NCBI GenBank assembly: GCA_024137785.1
Contig: JAHRHZ010000107.1
Location: forward strand, 62,001-126,000
Length of the DNA: 64,000 nt
Reading direction: 5' to 3'
Source: Ginglymostoma cirratum
Lineage: Eukaryota
Below are positions 38,446 through 51,487 of this stretch, piece after piece. Within the stretch, counting starts at the first letter, position 1, and each line of letters opens with the position of its first letter. Under the pieces are notes generated by a model. That model was not told the DNA's origin, did no database searches, and was given only the letters and a program-made list of their open reading frames with translations. The position numbers and the translations under genes are program-made.

Positions 38446-40750
38446 GAGCACAAAATGTGCTCAAACAAAAAAAAAACTTGATGGAGAAAATAATAAAAAA
38501 TTTGCAAAAATTGATTCCAAGACAACGTTCCGTGAAGCTGATGTCCACTGAGAGACAGAAAACAGGAAATCATTTCATTGTAGTCTTATGCTGGAAACAA
38601 GAAACTGCGGGGGTGAAAAAGAAAAAAAAAAGTTCAGATGTTGTGTCTCTTTAAAATCAACAAAACCTGTCGGCAATAATTCCCTGGTGCATTGTCCATA
38701 CAAAAGCCCAGTCCAATGAAAGTCAAATTGTCAAAACATCAGCATTGATTTCTCTGGCAATATTTCTTGTGAGATCTTTTCAGGTGCATATCAAATTCGA
38801 AAGACTTGAACGAGGGAAGACGAGTCCTTCATTTTTTCACTGAACCATGTAATACAAAATCGAAAATATTATGCTTGGCCCTAAAAAAATCACGAATGAT
38901 ACCCAACTTGTTTCGAGAGACTTATTGCGTTGTAAGGACTTAACGAAAGACGTGAAAATGAATTTAGAGTCTAGAAAGGAAGTAAAGGAAACTGTTTGTA
39001 ATTTTACAAGCGGGATCTCAATTTTGAGGTGGTTTGACTAAATAACACAACTGTATCACCTGTCAGATATAGAAGCTATATCTACAGAGTTATCAGGAAC
39101 TACGATGTGCTGTTTAGAAGTGCAGTAGAAGTATCTTGAGTGCTAACTTTCCAAGGGAAATTTTAGGTTACAACTGCATGAAATCGCATCGCTGCAAGAT
39201 AAATTGTGAGTTATGAAGTTTGCAAGGTACCAGAGAAAAACAGGCAACGGGAATAATGGGATTATTTCTTCAAAGAACAGTGCACTGGAAGCATTATAGT
39301 TTTTTATTCTGTGCTGCATTATTTTATGTTTCTATAATGTCAGACGTTAATTCGAACAGCTAAAGAATTTACATAGCAGAACAGCACCAGAGCAGTCATG
39401 AGAATTGACAATGACGTGGATGAAAGCTTCAGCCGGAGCAAGGGCCGAAGATTGAACATGTTATCAAGAACGGAAATTGACTTAGTGATGATGGGAATAA
39501 AGAGAGAAAACATTTCTCATGGTTAAGTGTGATGTAGTTTTTTTTTTTAGTTAAACGTGAGCAGTTATCAGTGGTCATGACGATTCTGGTGCTGTCTGCA
39601 TGGATTGCACGAGAGCTAAATGCTTTTTTAAAAGTTGCTTCAAAATTCTGCTGCCTCGGATAGTCATGCAGTCCGTTTCGAAAAAAATGATTTTTGGACT
39701 CTTTAATGTAGGAAAATTTAAAGATACGGTAAAATGATGTGGGATTTGCAGAAATACAACGTGAACAAATCTAATTGCACACATATCAGTAAACAGCGGG
39801 CAATATATCAAAACCAACTGTCAAACACGAAGGGAGAGATTAAGTGAGAAATTTTCCATTGAAGAAGGTCGTTTCGTTTGTAAGCCCCCTCCAAAAAGGA
39901 CAATGCTATCCGAGTCACTTTCCTTTCATGAATATTGCCAAACATTTGTAAAACAAAGTGTGCCAAAAACACAGGGCAAGAAGGCTTGAAGATAAAATTT
40001 ATTTTGCACATCTCCCTGGCTTCACAGTGAGTGTATGTCGAGAAATGAGTGAGACTAGTGCCTGATGCTCCTCACTAGACCATCATTGTGGCAAATTAAA
40101 TAACACTTTCATTGATGAAAAGTAGGTATTACCTAAGCTTCTCAAGTAATATAGTCAGATGATTGCTTTCTCTGCTGTTTTGTGTTCACTCTCACTGATG
40201 TAGACTCTTAAAAAGTCAAAGTGCACCACTCCGTTTGGATCCAATGTCACCCCGAGGCAAAGAAATCAAATTTCTTTATACACCAGAAAATAAGCTGGCG
40301 ATTACTAAAATGTTCCATCTGCAAAGCTGCTTGAGGGAATGAGTCATCCCAAGGTTCTTCATAGGGTGGTTGCAAATGAAAATGTAACACAAGCTACTTG
40401 AATCAGGTAGCCAATTTGTGTTGGATAAATTGGTAAACATTAAAATAATACAGTATTTAAAAGAGTCAGAGTAAGTAGAAAACTAGAATTGTGAAATACC
40501 CAAAGCTCGAATGTGGAAGGCCTTGCAACAATTGAAGCTGAAATTAATTAAATATTGAACATTGGTTCCTAGAACAGATGAGCTGATGTAGGAGTGCAAT
40601 TGAATGCTGCGACTGGTGCAAAACATTGGTACTGCAAGTATCAGTGCCAAATCTGCGATCAGAAGCTCTTACCAGAACGAAATACTGCACAAAAATTGTG
40701 AAGTCTGCTTTTGCATCAGGCAGTCAATGGGAAGAGGTTTGAAATCCCAG

Positions 40751-41119
40751 TTGGTGAAATACATCCTCCTAAAGTTTCCATCCTACCCCGATCCATGACA
40801 GAATTTAACGCTGAGAAGAAGGCTCACTTGGTATATCGAGTCAAAGGCTTTTCCACTGCTGAGGTTTACTTTGGTTGGAAGGCTAAAAGCACACCTTTGA
40901 ACTGAGAGTACAGGTGCCATGTGGAAGTCAACAAGGGAAATGGTCCTAGCTCCATTACCAGTGCATTGAGGCTCACTGCGGCAGAGTGGAACTGTGGAAA
41001 CAGTTTGCTTCTGTTTAGTGCGACACCCATCCCTTAGCAGAAATTTAACGTGGAGTATCAATATTTCCCATGGCAAACCAACATTTGTTCTAACTGACAG
41101 TTTCAAACCCTATTCATAA
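40751..41119 (+). pseudogene. Pseudo C5 plus secretory tail exon of the second IgNAR-like cluster
   Basis: cag|TT GEIHPPKVSILPRSMTEFNAEKKAHLVYRVKGFSTAEVYFGWKAKSTPLN*EYRCHVEVNKGNGPSSITSALRLTAAEWNCGNS(+1 frameshift ~41005)CFCLVRHPSLSRNLTWSINISHGKPTFVLTDSFKPYS*. Colinear with C5 at 13740; first Cys changed to Tyr, membrane donor GT changed to GC (41073). Confidence 0.92.
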
Positions 41120-43511
41120 TCTGAGGTGTGTGTATGATAGTTTCCAATGGAGGTGTTAAAACTTGTCTGCCAATATCTAAGCTACTGAGTCGGATATGGC
41201 TATTCTGAAAAGCTCAATAAGGTTCAATGGCATTGCTAGACGAAGATGCAATTCTTTATGTGGCTTTTGTTCATTGCAATAAATGAAGAAATACTACCAT
41301 ACCCGTGTTTTGCATGCATGTTACTTTGCAAAAATTACCTTACATTTGATCCAAATGTATATATTATCTAGTGTGATATGTGAGCAGTGCAATGCGTCTG
41401 GTGCCCAAAGCTATACGTCCATTACGGTTGTTGTTAATCACTTACTCCTGAGTCCTATAAAAAAGCAGATTCCACGTGTATGTTGATTAGACCTGGCTCT
41501 CTCTCAACATCCTTTAAATTGACACCACTGCTGCCTTCTGAATAATGCTCGTGCAGTAAATACTAGTGGGTGAGCAGAAATTTCCAACGATTAAACAGTA
41601 CAGTGACTACCAAAACTAATGTCTTATGTGCCTGGTAAAACGTCAGTTTCTCAATTACCTGATCCATCCTTCTACCTGACCATTGTCCGAGGCTAAACCT
41701 GGATTCAGAGGCTTGGCATCCCAATCAAAACTGTGCTACCTCCAAACACATATTGAATCCACCACTATGACTCTCTGATTGCCACTCTGTAATTTCAATT
41801 GACTCTCACCTCCTCTTAGCTCCCCTGCTGCTGAAACTGTCATCCATTCCTTTGACGCCTGTCGAATTGAACATTGCAGCTCTCTCTTGGAATGCCTCCG
41901 ATATTATTGCACATTTAACCATATCCTTTTCATAATTTCACCCTTCCACATTATTCATTTATGGCTTCCAAATTTGCAGCCAATAAAACTTTCGTTAAAC
42001 TATCAGGGCAGGCGGTGGTTTAATGGAGATGTAACTGCAGTATTAATGCAGTCCCCCAGATTGGTGAACTCAATTGTTCTTGCCCCATAGTTGTTCGTAG
42101 ACTTGAAGGTCCATTGACATGCCTGGAATTACTTTTCGCAATAGCGAGCATGACACTCTGTTATAAAACTCCACTGATTCATTGCAATTCCGGTTATTAA
42201 ACAATGTCTGATCCGCCTGAGACAGTTTGTGCAGCTATTTTATATCGTTTCTCTGGAATAGCCTCGGGAGTCATTTAATTGATGGGCAATTCGAGTTCGG
42301 CAAGTAACGCTTGTGCCTCTATCTTGTGAAACAGTAGAGAATAGAGACATTTTAGTAGTCCTGTCATACTGGCCTCTTCTCCATCCTGCTTTTGTATTTT
42401 CTGATTGGCGGCAGTCAATGCCAAATGGAGTTACATTCACAAAACTAAAAAAAAAATACAAATTCTATGCGGTTCCATGCCGATAATGAATCTGCTAATT
42501 CAATCGTTGCCAAAGTCGTGGTGTTACATGCTCATGTCACACGGGACACCGGATCGTTGTTTAATCTGTATTGGTAATATGCCATATGCACAATGTCACG
42601 CTGGAACCTCTGGCACAGGTTAAAGAATTGATTGACATGCTTCTGTCCAGGTCCATCCCTTCAGAAAATCCCAAGTTGTGATTGGAGGGGATAACCATTG
42701 TTTCCAGAAAAAGTCACAGTCGCAATCCGTTCCTGCAAGTGCCAGATTTTGCACGGGGGATTGTTGGTGAAGTGTGTCTCGTACCATGATTTACTGAATA
42801 CAGTAAAAAGAAGGAATGCAAACAATTAGCTTGTTATAGATGAGATAATCTGTCATGTGAAGGAATCAGGTCAGGGAATTCACTAACCAACATTGCACAA
42901 TATATGCCTGACCAGCCGACAGTGACACAAGGATGGGTGAGGCCTTTTATGACGACAGTGAGTGCACTGTTCTATGGAACGTAGAAATGTTTATGCTGAC
43001 CATGTCACTGTGACTTTACGTAACATTGCCCTCTGAGATGTACTATCTGTCCATCCTGGAGGGTGCCTGTTCGATGCTCTGTTGTACCTCTAATGCTGGA
43101 GCAACCCTCTCTGATTGGAAGAAGCGCTGCTTTATGACAAGTGATGCAGATATCTTTGTTAGTGGATGTTTTAGAATGTGGAAGCCTTGGTAGCACAAGA
43201 TGTGTCAGCTATGCATGCAGAGGATGTTTCTCTGATTGGGAGAAACGCAGATCAGATATAATATTACTACTGTGTCTCACACGATGCGAACTCGACTCCT
43301 CTGACACAATAATTACTTTTGTTCATTATTATGGACATTGTATCAATCAATATCAAGCTGGCAAAAGTAATAGCTAAGCTTTAATGATTGGTAAGTTCAA
43401 CTTCTATTATCGCACCAAACCCGAAATTGTCGGGTTCATTTCATCAACACGACATTGTATTCTGCTTTCAACGTGAACACACTTAAAACAATAATCATCA
43501 ATTTCATCCAG

Positions 43512-43818
43512 AAATCCCTGACGTGGAGGATGACCCAGATGTCTCTGAGGTAGAAGAAGACACTTTGGAAAGTTTTAGTGACGATATCGACTTTGCACTA
43601 AAGGTTCTGAGGAAGGGTCACTGGACCCAAATCGTTAACTCTGTTTTTTCCCTTCACAGATGCTGCCAGACCTGCTGAGCTTTTCCGGCAACTTTGTTTT
43701 AGTTCCTGATTTACAGCATCCGCAGTTATTTTGGTTTTTATTTTGAACTAATGTTGATCGTTTTCGACATCTGTTCACTCTCAGCATGAGGTACAACGCG
43801 TTTGTGACAACGCTGAAA
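43512..43818 (+). pseudogene. Pseudo TM1 exon interrupted by a short retroelement
   Basis: cag|AA IPDVEDDPDVSEVEEDTLESFSDDIDFAL, insertion 43602-43741, then MLIVF (frameshift) LFTLSMRYNAFVTTLK; donor lost. Upstream aacaataatcatc mirrors aacaatattcatc before the functional TM1. Confidence 0.88.
43602..43741 (+). mobile_element. Family B repeat inserted in pseudo-TM1 with 10-bp TSD
   Basis: TTTGCACTAA (43592-43601) and TTTGAACTAA (43742-43751) flank GGTTCTGAGGAAGGGTCACTGGACCC... Confidence 0.88.
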
Positions 43819-44389
43819 CGAAGAACCCATTTCAGCGATACCATCACATTGTGCAAATTTACAGGAAATTTGTAAACGTAACAAAGATGAACATTTCTTG
43901 CGCCCAACATCATAAATGGGGCATCATTAATTGTTTACTTGTTATTAACTGACAAGTTCAAGAAGCCTACTTCACGTGATGTGTTAAAAGAATACGTGAG
44001 AGTGGATGTGACATATGCGAATTAAACTATACAATCGAGGGAGGTCATTGCCTTGCCTGTGTATTGTGGTTATTGGAAGCACAGAAAATAGAAAATCGGT
44101 TTCGGTTTATAGTTGGAAATATTGAGCATAATAAATCAAAAGCGGGAGGAAGGAAGAAGACAAACAGACGTTCCAAATACTCACGATGACTTTGAAGGAA
44201 TGTGAAAAGCATTGATTGATGAAGAATTGCAGGCAGCGGCGATGATTTGCATGTCTGCATCAGGTAACGTTCAGTCCGTGTCTGAATTAATTAAAGACAT
44301 TGTAATTACATGTCTCCGAATAATACTGTGTGGCAAAAACTATATCAATCGCTGTTTTCACTTTTCTAATTAGTCACTAACTCCACAGG

Positions 44390-44566
44390 ATTTTGTAATG
44401 CTGGAAATCTGAAACAAAAGCAAAACAAAAATGCTGGAAACTCTCAGCACATCTGGCAGCATCACTGGACAGAAATCAAAGATAACGTTTAGGGTCCAGT
44501 GACTGTTCTTCAGAACCAGACCTGCATAGATTTTCAGAAATTTCTGTTTTTGTTTGGAATTTCAGT
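44390..44566 (-). mobile_element. Family B repeat (minus) with a short inverted plus-strand fragment
   Basis: ...AACGTTTAGGGTCCAGTGACTGTTCTTCAGAAC followed by CAGACCTGC...TTTCTGTTTTTGTTT. More eroded minus copies occur near 4040-4120, 13215-13345, 29080-29210 and 47460-47575. Confidence 0.7.
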
Positions 44567-47500
44567 TGTGTGGCTGCAAGAGAGGCTCACCAGGATGTTG
44601 CCTGCATGGGAGCATTTTATCAATAAATAGAGGCTGGAAAAGCTGTTTTCATTCGCGTAGAGCAAGCTGAGTGGGAACCTTACTGCGATGTTAGAGATTA
44701 TGATGGTCTTGTGTACAAGGGTAGTGGAGGTGTCCTGTGATGATCGTCGACATCGCTCCCTTAATGCCCCACTTTGAGTTCCTAGACCTGTTCCAAGTTC
44801 ATTACTTTTGCCACAGCAACAGTTGTACACACTACAATGGTGGGTATACTTGCGATGACAATGGTGTTGTGCAACGATGACATGACTGTGCCCTGGTAAC
44901 TGTTCGCATCACTGTTATGTACAAGTGCAGTTGCAGAAGGCAGATTAGTGAGGATGAGCACAAGTATGTTTTTCTTGCTTGTTGGCTCCCTCACCACCTG
45001 CTCTAAATCTTACCACTGTCTCGTGTTTCTGCCACTTAGTGCTCAACATAGGGCATTATTAATTCATTCGCTGAGAAGGTCGCCTTGCATATTTTTGACC
45101 TCATGTCACGAGACTTCATGAATTTTAGAGTCAATGTTGTGGTGGGCGAGGTCAACTCTCTGCAACCTGACTTTCCACTGTCACTAACTCTGCTTGTTAT
45201 GTACTTTAAATGGGACATGAATTACTTAGAGATGGTGATTGAGGAATTTGGAACATTGATTCTGTGCATATATAAACACTGAACATAAACACTGAATACA
45301 TTTGGGTTTAAATTGTTCAGTTCAATGCTGTTGCACAATGATTTCATTTCAGAACAAATGGGTCCTTTGAAGAGTTCCCTCAAACAGAGAGAATGGTGCA
45401 TGCCATTGAAATAGAATGTTAATCACGTCGTGAAAATGCTCATTTAAAATTTCATGGAATGCGATGAAAATTAAGTTATGATAGAATCAATTGCAGTGAA
45501 GAAGATTTTGCCTGAAAACATCTTGCATTTTTTGTCAAGTATTAATAGTTTTGATTTTTCCTGTATGCTTTTTGGGTCTGCAACGTTGCTGTAAGCAGCC
45601 TTTCCCTGTTTCTGATTGGCTTCTCTTTCTACAATTGTTTCTAAAGACGGTCAAGAAGTTTATTTCTGGCTCGTGTTTAGAACTTGTATAGGAACCTGCG
45701 ACAATGAAGATCTTAGAGCAGGGACACTATTATCAGCCACTGCACCGTGTATCTCAATATAGTCACAATTAGACTCTGGAAACGGCTTGCTTAACTTTTG
45801 CTATTAACGTGCATATTAAATCTTCCTTCTTTAAGTTTTAGTGTTAAGTAGAATTCTACATAAATGTAACAAAATAAACCTAAGAACTAGGGAAATTACA
45901 AACCATAAGTCAAAACATATTGGAAATGACTGGTCATCTGATTAGGTCGGATATTCAAAGAGAGACAGAGGTTCTGGTCCTGGCCTTCATTAATGGTCAA
46001 GACATTTACGAAAACTAATGCGAAGAAAAATAACTTACCACATCTTGAACTCAGAGTAAATATTTCTTTGGTCATTAGTTTGCATCACCAAAGAATCCAT
46101 CGACATAGTATTCTGTGGATAGAAGAGATGGTCTATGATAAAATATTGGTGACAACTACATCAGTGATTCAGAACAGGGAGCCTTCAAGAAAGCTTTCAC
46201 ATCGAAAGATATACATTGGCAAGAAAGGCAACTTTATGCATTTTCACGAACAAATGTAATGGAAGTAACATCCACTTGGTACCAGTCTCAAGATCTGGTA
46301 TAACTGCAAAACAAACAAAAAAAAAACTCGATCAGTTGCGAAGACGCAATACGACCATATTTTCGTTGTCAATGAATGAAAATCTTGAATTGCACACAAG
46401 GCAATATTTTGAGTGGTTTACTTAAATGGACAGCAGCAATCAATATGAACGTTTGCTCACTTCATCGCCCTGTGTAATTGAAGTGCAGCCAATGACAGAT
46501 TCCATGTGCATCCTTGCTTTCAAAATTCCTATTCTTTTATTTTATAATCAAAATTCTTTGACTGCCAACTGACTGTTAAACTTCGTGAACATAATGTGAT
46601 TGGCTGTAACAAAAATGATTGATGTTATTTTTCTGTTTTCCACTGATATCCTGTATTTTAATTTAACAAATATTTTAGAATATACCTTTTCCAATTTCCA
46701 GTTTCCCTCAATGGTTAAGTTCATAAAATTCATCCTGAATTGTCATAACCGTTACAGCACACATGAGTGAATTCACGTAGGGGTAAAATTAAATCAAACG
46801 AACAATGTAAAAATCACTTTCATTTCGCCAAGTTTGGAGAGCTGTCAATTGATTTTATATTTCATTTCATTCTTGGCATATGCGTGAGACGGGTATGGTA
46901 AATCGTTATGCAGAACCAATTGCCTTTGAGTCGATGCTAGTGAACTCATTATTTGAACTTCTGAAATCTATGTCGTGTATCTGCACATGCAAATATGTCA
47001 GAAAGGGAGTTTCAAGATTTTCACTCATTGACAATGAAGATATGGTCGGTGGAATTCCATGTCAATATGGTCAGTGACTTGCATAGGAACATATATGCAG
47101 TCGTGCTCCCTTGCTCATTCTTCCCATTTAGTTCGAGGTTACACACTTCAAGAGACTGAAATCAAAGCGCTTAAAGTTTCAATCATGGTAAATGGAAAGC
47201 CAGAGACAGGGACTGAGTCAGAGTAGAAGAACTTCTCGAGCAACAAAATTGAGCCTTTAATTCCAAGGAATTTACGACAGAACTGAATGCTTAAAGCTAA
47301 CTGAATTGAATTTAAGGCTTCATTTCACTGAATCTTCAATCCATTCTTTAAAGTAATTGCCAGGTTTCGAATCTAAAAGCCGAATGTATGGGTCATTCTG
47401 GCAACTATTTGAGTATTACAAATGACCAAAGATTTACATGGACACGCCATTTTAATGTAAAACCAAGAACTCCAGATGCTGCAAAACTGAAAGCCATGGA

Positions 47501-49357
47501 AACTCAAAATACCTAGCAGCATCTGTGGAGAAAAAGCAGAGTTAATGTTGCGAGTCTGGAGATTCTTCTTCAGCCTTCATATTCCATCTAAAAGAAGAGG
47601 CCATAGATGAGAAATTCATTGGTGGATAAGTGACCACTTATCTCCCCGAAGGTCGAGGAATGGGTAAACAGTATTGGTTGGAAGAGTGCTGATGCAGTCC
47701 CAAGAACGAATTAAGAAAATAACGTTTGAAACAACTATTATAGGAAATCAATTCAAAATATTCATGCAATAGTGTAATTTGGAAACTTCCAGAGGCACAG
47801 ACTTGAAATGATCAGAAGGATTAAGAGTGCAAAGACAATTTAGCATTTTTTTGGTTCATACTTCGCAGTTTTTCCATGGTCCTTTGAGGCATGCATTTCG
47901 TTGTCAATTTTCAGCATGCTACCGTTTTTAAATCATACCTTTCAAGTATATTTCCTTTTAATGCCTCAGACGTACTGTTAATGCAGCGTTATTTTAAAAC
48001 AAAAACTGACATCAATAAAATAAATTGAACCTCAGCATGTAATATTCAACAACTTCTGTTTACAATTGCATTTTTAAAATTGACCAAACTGGAAGCTGAT
48101 CGAAGGTACTCCCTTCTGAGCATAGTAACTTCGTTGGGTTCTCTTTTAGGAAGCGGAATTTAATTCCTGCCATATCTGGAATGTTTTGAAGGAAATGTGC
48201 TTCAGCGCTATATTTCTAGAAGCACTATCCCATTAAATATGAATAGGTTCGCATGTCACCTAAAAGTGAAATTGCAAGAACGCTAAAAAATTTGTCTTAG
48301 TCACTGTCAACCGAATTGCTTGAAAACAAGTAATGACGTAAAATTATGTCAAAATAGTCTGAAATTAATACGAAGAAATCAAGAAGTAAGGGGTAAAATG
48401 CACTTAAAATGCTATATGTAAGAATCAGAACACGCTGCTTTTTACACGGTTTCAATAACGTATCTCTGTCTTTTAACATGGACTGAGAAAATGGCCAGAA
48501 AATTCCCAATGCATAATACATTCGCTATTTTTGAAGGTTTAATGCTTGTTTTCAAACAAAATAAATTTTGGAGTTTCAAATGTTTAGCTCAGAAAGCAAA
48601 ACTAATCAATTACTGGTCTATCAAAATTAACTAAAGTCAGTTGAATCGATATCTAGCAGAAAGGGTGATATGTTGTGGTGTCACCAGAGTGCAGTTGGTG
48701 ATTTGTCGTTGTTGATGCGTTGCAATTTGATTTCAGGAGGAGCATCGTGTGCCATCTTGTGGCTAATTCGAGTAATGTCGGCTCTGAGGAACTGAAGAAA
48801 GCTGCTCATCTTTTGTCGATTCCTCCATGAGCACAGATCTTGTTTAACTTGTGTCTTACATCAATTCAGCAATCTTGCATTTATATGGTATAAACCTCCT
48901 TAAGCAAAACTTAGCAAAACCATTTGTTACCATTAACATAACCTACTAACTTGTGAGAGAGATATCTTCTGATTTCAATTTTCCTCTTTGTGACAATACC
49001 TTGACTCCTGAATGTGCTGGGCGTAATCCTAGGATCACAGCAGCAAGACGAGTTTCAGAAAATCTATTTTGAAATTGTTACCATTCTTTCGATTCGGTTA
49101 ACTAGCTCCTCCTCCTTCCATGCATCACAGAACACACCCTTTGTTTCTGGATCCTGGTTCTCGTAATTTAACTCTAAGCAGAGAAATAATTTTTCCTTAA
49201 ACTTTTAAGATGCACCTCCAACAACAAAGTATGATCGAATAGTGACCAGAAATAATGAAATGTTGGTGGTACAGTCCAGGCAAAATTCTCCACAGCGGAC
49301 AATCACTTGTTCTGTATTCCAGTCGCCTTGACTCATTGCTCTGTCTGTCTGCCATTT

Positions 49358-49627
49358 ATTATAGAATCCCAACATTGTGGAAACAGAGCCTTTGGCCCAC
49401 TGAGTTCACACCGAACGTCCGAAGAGCATCCCACCTGATCCATGGCCTATCGTATCTCTGCAACCCTGCACTCCCCATGGCTAAGCCATCTGCACATTCT
49501 TAGATTGTGGGAGGAAACCGGAATGCCCGGAGGTGAGAAGAGGATGTGCAAACTCCACACAGACAGTCGCCGAGGTTTCTGGTGCTGCGAAGCAGCTGTG
49601 CCATCCTCTGACACATCATGCTGCCCG
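49358..49627 (-). mobile_element. tRNA-derived V-SINE (HE1-like)
   Basis: Minus strand: GGGCAGCATGATGTGTCAGAGG... head, V-domain CTGTCTGTGTGGAGTTTGCACAT and CCGGTTTCCTCCCACA, CR1-type 3' tail. Confidence 0.8.
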
Positions 49628-51034
49628 ACATTTTGATTGTCAAACAAGGTAGCCTCCTTTTTTTCATTTGACGAGATCTGTCATAGCTTTTACCTATTGC
49701 CTCAATCTGTCCGTGTTCATTTATCTCACTCAGTGGTGCATAACACGCCGTGGCTCCTAACTGGTTCACGCATTACTTAATTACAAAAATATGATTACAG
49801 TGCAGCATTCTTTACGCAATCGGATCACGTGACTTCACAACGGTATTTTTAACAGAAAACTTGCCGATTCTGCGTGCAGATCTCACTTTTTCCAATCACA
49901 GTAGTAATCAAAAGTATATACCGAACTCAGCTATTCTGCATTTCGTGGCTTCTGAAACCGTCGCAAACTCTGTCCCCAATCCTCTCCTCCTATCTACTCA
50001 TTTCTATTTCTCTTTGTCGTTTTTTGCTTCATCATTACTCAGATTCATAAGGACAGCAAATGCTTGATCAAAAGGCTCGGGAAACGTGAATTAAGTTTAA
50101 CATTAAGATTACACAATTCCTTCTTGCTCCCTGACTATGAACATTTACCTGATATAAATGTACAAAACCGTTGAAAAATCACGGTGTTGCATTGTTTCCG
50201 TATCCCCAGGAAAGGTACAATGATTCTTCAGTGGCAATTCATTTAAAATCATGTAAAGGGCTTACAAAGCTGATAGTTCCTTTCGACCAAAGAGATGTAT
50301 GTCACCACTCCGTACAAGCTACTCCTGAACGTCAATGCACCAAGTTGAGACAAGTACAATCTGCAAATTAATGTATTATTTGTACGTGCATTAGTTTCCT
50401 GACTATTTCGCTTTGGTAAACAGCCAGGTCACCAGGAAGTTATTTACACAGCGTCTGGCCTTTCCTTCACTGATTCTGTAATTTTAGACAAGAATAAACA
50501 AACCGTTGCTGATCATATCTCAAGACACCCAGCCCAGCTCCAGGTGAGCTCTTGAATACATGTAGATTTTTTCTCTCTATTACCTTGAGGACTGATTGTA
50601 CAATCTCGACAGAAAGCAAAAGGTTGAACTTCGTCGATAAGTGCTATCCATTATTGAAAAGATGTACTGCATCCAGCATGTCAAAACCCAAAAGCTTTTG
50701 AAATGGGTTCCTGTTGTGATCGTGTAATTTGATCGCATGAACATTTTATTCAGCCATGTGATATATTAACTAATACAGTAACAAACTGAGATCATAAACC
50801 ATGTAAGGGGCCAAAATGAAAACAGTAAATCCAAGATCTGGCACAACAAATGTCCGACATGCAAATGGCTCGTCCTTTGGAACAGTTGTATGCTGGAGTT
50901 TACACCAATCATCCCAAATCCCTGACCCAAAAGTGATCTAATCAATTATCCATGTCATGGATCGCAATCATGAAGGAGAAGTTCTGTAAAGTTTTGTACT
51001 ATTTTCCTTTTCCATTATGCCTTTCAACCTTTAT

Positions 51035-51487
51035 TATTCCTGGAACTTCAGGGCTGACTTATGAAGGAAGACTGGATCACTCCAAAATATGTTCACTGGA
51101 GTTTATACGAATGAAGGGTCATCTCATAGAAACCTGTTAAGTTCTGATCGGAGTAGATAAGGTATATGAAGGAAGGATGTTGTCGATAACCAGGGCGCGT
51201 AGAGATTAAGGATACGGTGTAGGACATTGAGAACTGAGAAGAAAAGAATTATTTTCCGCAGGTCATGATGACTATTCTGGGAACTGTTCCAAAAATTTTG
51301 AGGGAAAATATTGTGTGCGTTCAGGAAGAGATTCGATGTCGTTCTTCGGACTAAAGGGGTCAAAGATTGTAGAGTGAAAGCGGAAACCTCGTACTGAGTT
51401 GGAATACCAGCCATGACCATATTGAATGGTCGAACAGGTTTGAAAGGCCCAATGACCTGCCCTTAAACTCCTATTTTCTATGTTTTG
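51035..51487 (+). mobile_element. CR1-like LINE 3' end
   Basis: IPG..GLTYEGRL....SLEF.RMKGHLIET and 3' UTR ending ctcctattttctatgttt. Confidence 0.75.

Noticed and set aside
36004-50866. Isolated perfect octamers (36004, 44245, 46987, 50859; also 21286)
   Set aside because: A handful are expected by chance in 64 kb of AT-rich DNA, and they lack convincing motif clustering.
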